Positions 59,538 through 64,000 of a stretch of DNA of 64,000 nt are shown piece after piece (within the stretch, counting starts at the first letter, position 1; every line of letters begins with the position of its first letter). The stretch is from assembly GCA_964602295.1 (NCBI GenBank), contig CAZRQK010000009.1:435-64434 (forward strand), given 5' to 3'. Below the pieces are notes generated by a model. The model was not told where the DNA came from, ran no database searches, and was given only the letters and a program-made list of their open reading frames with translations. The position numbers and the translations under genes were made by a program. This DNA is from an uncultured Ohtaekwangia sp. GTDB taxonomy: Bacteria; Bacteroidota; Bacteroidia; Cytophagales; Cyclobacteriaceae.

Positions 59538-60182
59538 TCACAGCCACTCCTTGGTTTTGTTGATGGCTTCGATCTTATTGCGCACGTGCAGCTTCCTGAA
59601 GATATTGGAGATGTGTTTTTTTACGGTTTCATGGCTGATGAATAGCAGGGAAGCCATCGAGTGGTAGGTATGGCCCTTGGCTACCATGCGCAGAATCTCT
59701 ACCTCACGGTCGCTTAGGTTGTATTCTTCTTTTTTGCTAGCCGCTGTTACAGGCTGGTGCAGAAATTTAATGGTCTTGATGGCAATGCCGGGCGACATCA
59801 GGGCGCCTCCTTGCGACACATCAACAATGGTCTTGTAGATGAAAGACGGCTTCTCGTTTTTCAGCAGGTAACCCACCGACCCCGATTTAAAGGCTTCGAA
59901 AACATTCTCATCATCGTCCGACATGGTGAACATCACCACCTTAATATTAGGAAACTGGTCGTTGAGCAGCCGCGTGGCCTGAATGCCTTCATCGGCCAGC
60001 GACATGGAGATATCCATCAACACCACATCGGGCTGCTTGTTTTCGTAGCGTAAGTGGTGAACAAAACCCAACCCGCTGGTATACACTTTTATTTCTGCGA
60101 TGTCGGGATAGTCTTCTAACTCCCGCTTCAACGTTTTGCCCAACTGCTGGTCATCGTCTATAATGGCGACTTGGATCGACAT
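59538..60182 (-). CDS. NarL/FixJ-family response regulator
   Basis: IIDDD, VLMDI, GYLLK receiver domain; LSDRE...TVKKHISNIFRKL HTH. True start is likely 60182. Confidence 0.93.
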   Translation of the reverse strand: MSIQVAIIDDDQQLGKTLKRELEDYPDIAEIKVYTSGLGFVHHLRYENKQPDVVLMDISMSLADEGIQATRLLNDQFPNIKVVMFTMSDDDENVFEAFKSGSVGYLLKNEKPSFIYKTIVDVSQGGALMSPGIAIKTIKFLHQPVTAASKKEEYNLSDREVEILRMVAKGHTYHSMASLLFISHETVKKHISNIFRKLHVRNKIEAINKTKEWL

Positions 60183-60290
60183 GATAGAGGAAAGGTACGT
60201 CTGCCATGGCCGAAAAGCAATTACCCGAAAGGGGTAAGTGGGTAGTGGAAAAGCACGATTCTTCGATGGGTGAGTGTTTTGCCATGCATC

Positions 60291-60353
60291 CGTGTTTGCT
60301 GAGCGGAGTCGTGTTTGCTGAGCGGAGTCGTGTTTGCTGAGCGGAGTCGAAGC
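60291..60353 (+). repeat. Three tandem 19-bp REP-like units (left flank of the GIY-YIG gene)
   Basis: (GCTGAGCGGAGTCGTGTTT)x2 followed by GCTGAGCGGAGTCGAAGC. Confidence 0.9.
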
Positions 60354-60404
60354 AAAGATTTTCAGTCGAAGCAATATCCAACACATTTACGATATTACAC
60401 TACG

Positions 60405-60782
60405 ATGAAAGGCTGGATGTATATTTTAGAATGCGCCAATGGGCAGTATTACACCGGGAGTACCAACAATTTGAAATTACGTATAGAACAGCATCAACGT
60501 GGAGAAGGGGCTAATTTCACCAAAAAGCATTTACCCGTTAAGCTGGTTTATTTTGAAGAGTTTCCCCGTGTTCAACAAGCGTTCTATCGGGAGAAGCAGG
60601 TGCAGGGTTGGAGCCGGAAAAAGAAGGAAGCATTGATTTATGGGTTGAAGGACAGGCTTCGTGATCTGGCAACATGCAAGAATGAGACTAATTATAGGAA
60701 TGCGCCCTTCGACTTCGCTCAGGGCGCTCCTTCCGACTCTGTTCAGGGCGCTCCTTTTAACATCTCTCAGGATGCGCCTTAG
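60405..60782 (+). CDS. Small GIY-YIG nuclease (UPF0213/YhbQ-like) with a repeat-encoded tail
   Basis: WMYILEC..GQYYTGST.NL..R...H, REKQVQGWSRKKK; tail PFDFAQGAPSDSVQGAP is translated repeat. Confidence 0.9.
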   Translation: MKGWMYILECANGQYYTGSTNNLKLRIEQHQRGEGANFTKKHLPVKLVYFEEFPRVQQAFYREKQVQGWSRKKKEALIYGLKDRLRDLATCKNETNYRNAPFDFAQGAPSDSVQGAPFNISQDAP

Positions 60783-60822
60783 GTTGCTGAGCGGAGTTGC
60801 CCCAGCTGAGCGGAGTTGAAGC
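60702..60822. repeat. Right-flank REP-like cluster: three inverted 24-bp units plus two direct units
   Basis: CCCTTCGACTTCGCTCAGGG and two decayed copies, then GCTGAGCGGAGTTG twice. Confidence 0.8.
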
Positions 60823-60892
60823 GGAAGCGAAACAAGAAAGGCCACCTTTTTCCGGTAGCCTCTCTTTCTAATAGCTTCGTTTGCAACTGCCT

Positions 60893-63319
60893 TTAGTGTG
60901 TAATCACAATTCTAAATGTTTGCAATGTCGCGCCAGACTCAGCCACTGTTACCACATACACCCCCGCTGGCAGGTTGCCCGTTTCGATGTGGGCCACGCC
61001 CGTGAAGGGCAGTGTTCCTTGCAACACCTCGGCACCTACGGCATTCGCAATGGAGTAGGTGAGGTTGTTCATACCTTGCTGTACTTTAATGTGCATGTTG
61101 GCATTGGCCGGATTGGGGAATACAGCAAAACGTTGCTCCTCTTCATCCCACCCGGTAATCACTAGTTTCTTTACTACAATATTGGCTTCCTCCACCAACG
61201 CCTGCACTTCCACTCTGCGCGCCAGACCTGTGCCAATGGAAATGTTGATGAATGAAGTAGGATCCATCGGGTAGCCAGGATATTGCAGGTTCAGAAGATA
61301 CTCGCCTGTTTCCAGGTTTTCGAAGCTGAACTCACCATCTTCATTCGTAAGGATGTAAGCCACCAGCACCAGTTCTTCGTCTTCGGGTTTGCCCACGTTT
61401 ACCCTTCTACGCACGCTGGCACCTGCGTTAGAAATTCTTTTGTTTCGCAATGTACGGCCGTCCTCCTGTATGTTGGTATCTTCCAATGTTCCCGAGATTG
61501 TGCCCTGCCCTTTGGGCTCCTCTACAGGTTTGTTCACCAGCGTAATGTTTAGATCTGCTACATTATCGTTCAGAATAATAGGGTCTGCTTCTTCCCAGAA
61601 AATTTTGTCGGTATAGTAGGTAGGGATTTCATCTGGATATTGAACGGGGTTACCTTGCGCCAACAGCACATAGTCGTCTAACACTACTTTCTCCAACGTG
61701 TAGGTACCATCGGCATTCACGGTCAGATTGCCAAGGCCCTCCGGAATTTCGTAAGCACCCACGTCAGTAATTCGGTATAGGGTTACCACACCGTTGGCCA
61801 GCGGCACATCGGTGTTTTCAAATATGGTTCCTGAAACGGTGGCGGTAGCCAGCACGCGTTTATTACCCGATTGCAAAGTGAGTCCTGGTACAGCGGGATT
61901 GGTGATGTCTACGCGATAGGTGCCCATGTTGGTTCGGTTGATGGCTGTGATGCCATAAGCCGGGGCGTTGGCGCCCTCTACGTTCGTTCCGTTCAGCGTC
62001 CATTGATAAAGGTTGCCTTCATGGTCGGCTTCTATTTCCACGGAAGTGTCGGTGCCCACGTCTACCAGCACTTCTTCATCTGGTGTGCGGGGCTGTTGGT
62101 TGCTGTAGTCGAAAGAGGGGAGGCCCAGGTTGGGGATGATGGAACCAAAGCCCAACCGGTTGTTCGACACGTTCAGTGAAGCAATACCGCTCAAGCCGGA
62201 GAGATCGGGCAGATAGGTAATGTTGTTTCCCGACAAATCGATGGTTTCTAATCCTCCCAGGTCGGCCAACGACTCAGGCAGGCGACCTGTAATGCCCGTA
62301 TTGGGCAACACCAGCGAAGTAACATAACCGCCTGTTTCGGTTACGCCCTCCCAGGTGGTAACATCGGTGTTGGTAAGCCACGTGGGCTTGCCCGTCCAGG
62401 TGCCTGCGGTAGGCTGGGTGGCGTTGTACAATGCTTCCAGTGCCAGGCGGTCGGTTTCCAGGTTGCCAGGGAAACCACGCGCTACGGAGTAAGTGCCATC
62501 CAGTCCGCGGGAATAGCTGCGCACCAGTGTCTTCCCATCAGCTATGTTGATCAGGCGTGCACCCATGCCCTGATAGGTATCGGCACTGATTTGCCGCACT
62601 ACTATGGGGTTGGTTACGCCCGAAGTCAGCGCTTCGGGGTACTCCACCTCTACGTAGCTACTCGCTTCGGTGCCGGTCTCCTTGGTTACTCGCCATATGT
62701 AGGGGAAATCGATCAACGCTTCCACACCAGTGCCAGCCGTGAAGCCAGTGGGGGCGTCTTCCAACGCCACGGTTACGCTTGGATTGGCACCCGACACGCT
62801 GTAGATAGTGATGGGCAGGTAGTTACCGCCACGGCCTACAGGGAAGAACAGGTTGCCGCTGCCTTTGCGCACCAGGTTGCCGCCCTGCAAAAAAGAGCCG
62901 GGGGTACTTTCAACTTTCGCCAGGTCGTTGATGGTGAGCACGTCAGACGCAGTGAGAGGCGTAAGCAAGCCGCCTTTCAGCGAAAGACTATCGCGGAGTT
63001 CGAACACACCCGTGATGTCGGCATTGCCAACACCTTCCTTCACAATGAAGCCAAATGAAGCGCCTCCGGGCGTAAACGATTTGTTGGTGGCATAGTTCAG
63101 CACAAATCCCCCTGTGCTGGCCGCATCGAGCGTGCCTGTGTTCGTCCAGCTATCCGTGGTAACGATGGTGCCATCGTTGCGCAGGCTGCCTTGGTTGGCC
63201 CAATCGCCATTGGTGTAGATCACGCCTGTGTTCACGATGTCGATACCCGTGTTGGTGATGAACTGGGCGTGGGTAACCACAGCCATTAGGACGAAGAGGG
63301 GAAATAAAATATTTCTCAT
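60893..63319 (-). CDS. T9SS-secreted LRR/Ig protein, paralog of the giant protein's C-terminal module
   Basis: Signal peptide MRNILF..., FPVG motif, capped LRR, Ig domain, and a CTD nearly identical to that of the 49137 gene. Confidence 0.9.
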   Translation of the reverse strand: MRNILFPLFVLMAVVTHAQFITNTGIDIVNTGVIYTNGDWANQGSLRNDGTIVTTDSWTNTGTLDAASTGGFVLNYATNKSFTPGGASFGFIVKEGVGNADITGVFELRDSLSLKGGLLTPLTASDVLTINDLAKVESTPGSFLQGGNLVRKGSGNLFFPVGRGGNYLPITIYSVSGANPSVTVALEDAPTGFTAGTGVEALIDFPYIWRVTKETGTEASSYVEVEYPEALTSGVTNPIVVRQISADTYQGMGARLINIADGKTLVRSYSRGLDGTYSVARGFPGNLETDRLALEALYNATQPTAGTWTGKPTWLTNTDVTTWEGVTETGGYVTSLVLPNTGITGRLPESLADLGGLETIDLSGNNITYLPDLSGLSGIASLNVSNNRLGFGSIIPNLGLPSFDYSNQQPRTPDEEVLVDVGTDTSVEIEADHEGNLYQWTLNGTNVEGANAPAYGITAINRTNMGTYRVDITNPAVPGLTLQSGNKRVLATATVSGTIFENTDVPLANGVVTLYRITDVGAYEIPEGLGNLTVNADGTYTLEKVVLDDYVLLAQGNPVQYPDEIPTYYTDKIFWEEADPIILNDNVADLNITLVNKPVEEPKGQGTISGTLEDTNIQEDGRTLRNKRISNAGASVRRRVNVGKPEDEELVLVAYILTNEDGEFSFENLETGEYLLNLQYPGYPMDPTSFINISIGTGLARRVEVQALVEEANIVVKKLVITGWDEEEQRFAVFPNPANANMHIKVQQGMNNLTYSIANAVGAEVLQGTLPFTGVAHIETGNLPAGVYVVTVAESGATLQTFRIVITH

Positions 63320-63385
63320 AATGATACAATTCAACTTTTCTGAAGTTAGAAGCGCCTTAATTTCAATCTATTTGAGGGCTTTCCC

Positions 63386-63405
63386 AATACCGGTGGAAGG
63401 GTATT
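63386..63405. promoter_or_regulatory. Palindrome AATACC-N8-GGTATT
   Basis: AATACCGGTGGAAGGGTATT, about 67 nt upstream of ATG 63319. Confidence 0.6.
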
Positions 63406-63407
63406 TT

Positions 63408-63998
63408 TTACCTTCTGTTGATTCTTAAGTTTTCATTTTTCTTAATTTGTCGACTCTCTAAATTCCCCTCCAGCACCATTATTCTCTCCTTAAGATCCTC
63501 AATAATGGCCTGCTGCTCTTGAACCGCCTTTACGAGTGGCGCAATGAAATCCGTATAGCGAAGGCCCAGAGTGCGGTCTGGGTCGCCTCCTACCGTGAGC
63601 AACGCATTGTTTGGGCCCACCAGGGACTCAATATCCTGAGCAATAAAACCCCAGTTCAATTTCGTGGTTTGATCACCTCTCATGTGATAGCTGACGGGTT
63701 TGAGTTTCATGACGAAGTCGAGGCCATCAGAAAGTGATAAAATATTCATTTTTAGGCGTCTATCGGAGGCGGCAGTGAAACCCACTTGTCCTTCAATTAC
63801 GGTAACGTTGTTGTCTCCTAACCTAATTTTGTTGGAGGCGTTGACGATGGCATTCGCACCAATGGCTGTGGCATTTGTTAGATTGGCAAGGCTAACATTC
63901 GTGTTAGCGCCAATAGCTGTGTTATCAAGTCCAATTGTATTATTCAACAATGCATTCACTCCCAATGAAGTATTGCCGGTACCGGTCGTGTTATTGTA
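63408..63998 (-). CDS. Fibre-like protein with a C-terminal peptidase S74 intramolecular chaperone (5' end lies outside the window)
   Basis: NTAIG beta-helix repeats, SDRRLK cleavage motif, GFIAQD, LRYTDFIAPLVKAVQEQQ coiled coil. Confidence 0.88.
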   Translation of the reverse strand, partial: YNNTTGTGNTSLGVNALLNNTIGLDNTAIGANTNVSLANLTNATAIGANAIVNASNKIRLGDNNVTVIEGQVGFTAASDRRLKMNILSLSDGLDFVMKLKPVSYHMRGDQTTKLNWGFIAQDIESLVGPNNALLTVGGDPDRTLGLRYTDFIAPLVKAVQEQQAIIEDLKERIMVLEGNLESRQIKKNENLRINRR

Positions 63999-64000
63999 TA

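Noticed and set aside
57554..60353. 19-bp repeats as a mini-CRISPR
   Set aside because: Units are contiguous, with no spacers.
49137..61483. Diversity-generating retroelement template/variable repeat pair
   Set aside because: Both copies are coding, the differences are mostly synonymous and not adenine-specific, and no reverse transcriptase is present.

Overview
Chromosomal window from a Bacteroidota genome, most likely Cytophagales-like, judged from T9SS C-terminal domains, TAnnTTTG promoters and the TPR-comA-DUF368-aroE cluster. In order it holds: a FecA-like TonB receptor; a complete heme operon (hemA-C-D-E-F-B-L-N-H-J) with a convergent AraC regulator; a small LRR/SPFH/outer-membrane operon that includes an unannotated 57-aa ORF; a dnaX split at an A10 run, so full-length tau needs a -1 recoding event; hflX; a partial capsule export locus; comA, DUF368, aroE and uvrB; and an SQR. 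The right-hand 17 kb is accessory. It carries a 7 x 42-bp degenerate tandem array next to an uncharacterised helical protein, two paralogous T9SS-secreted plant-type LRR proteins with near-identical C-termini and a shared upstream palindrome, a PAS-LuxR / TPR kinase / NarL regulator set, and a small GIY-YIG nuclease bracketed by REP-like repeats whose gene-less copies recur nearby. I saw no rRNA, tRNA, CRISPR array or classical transposase. All calls come from motif reading by eye; no database searches were run.
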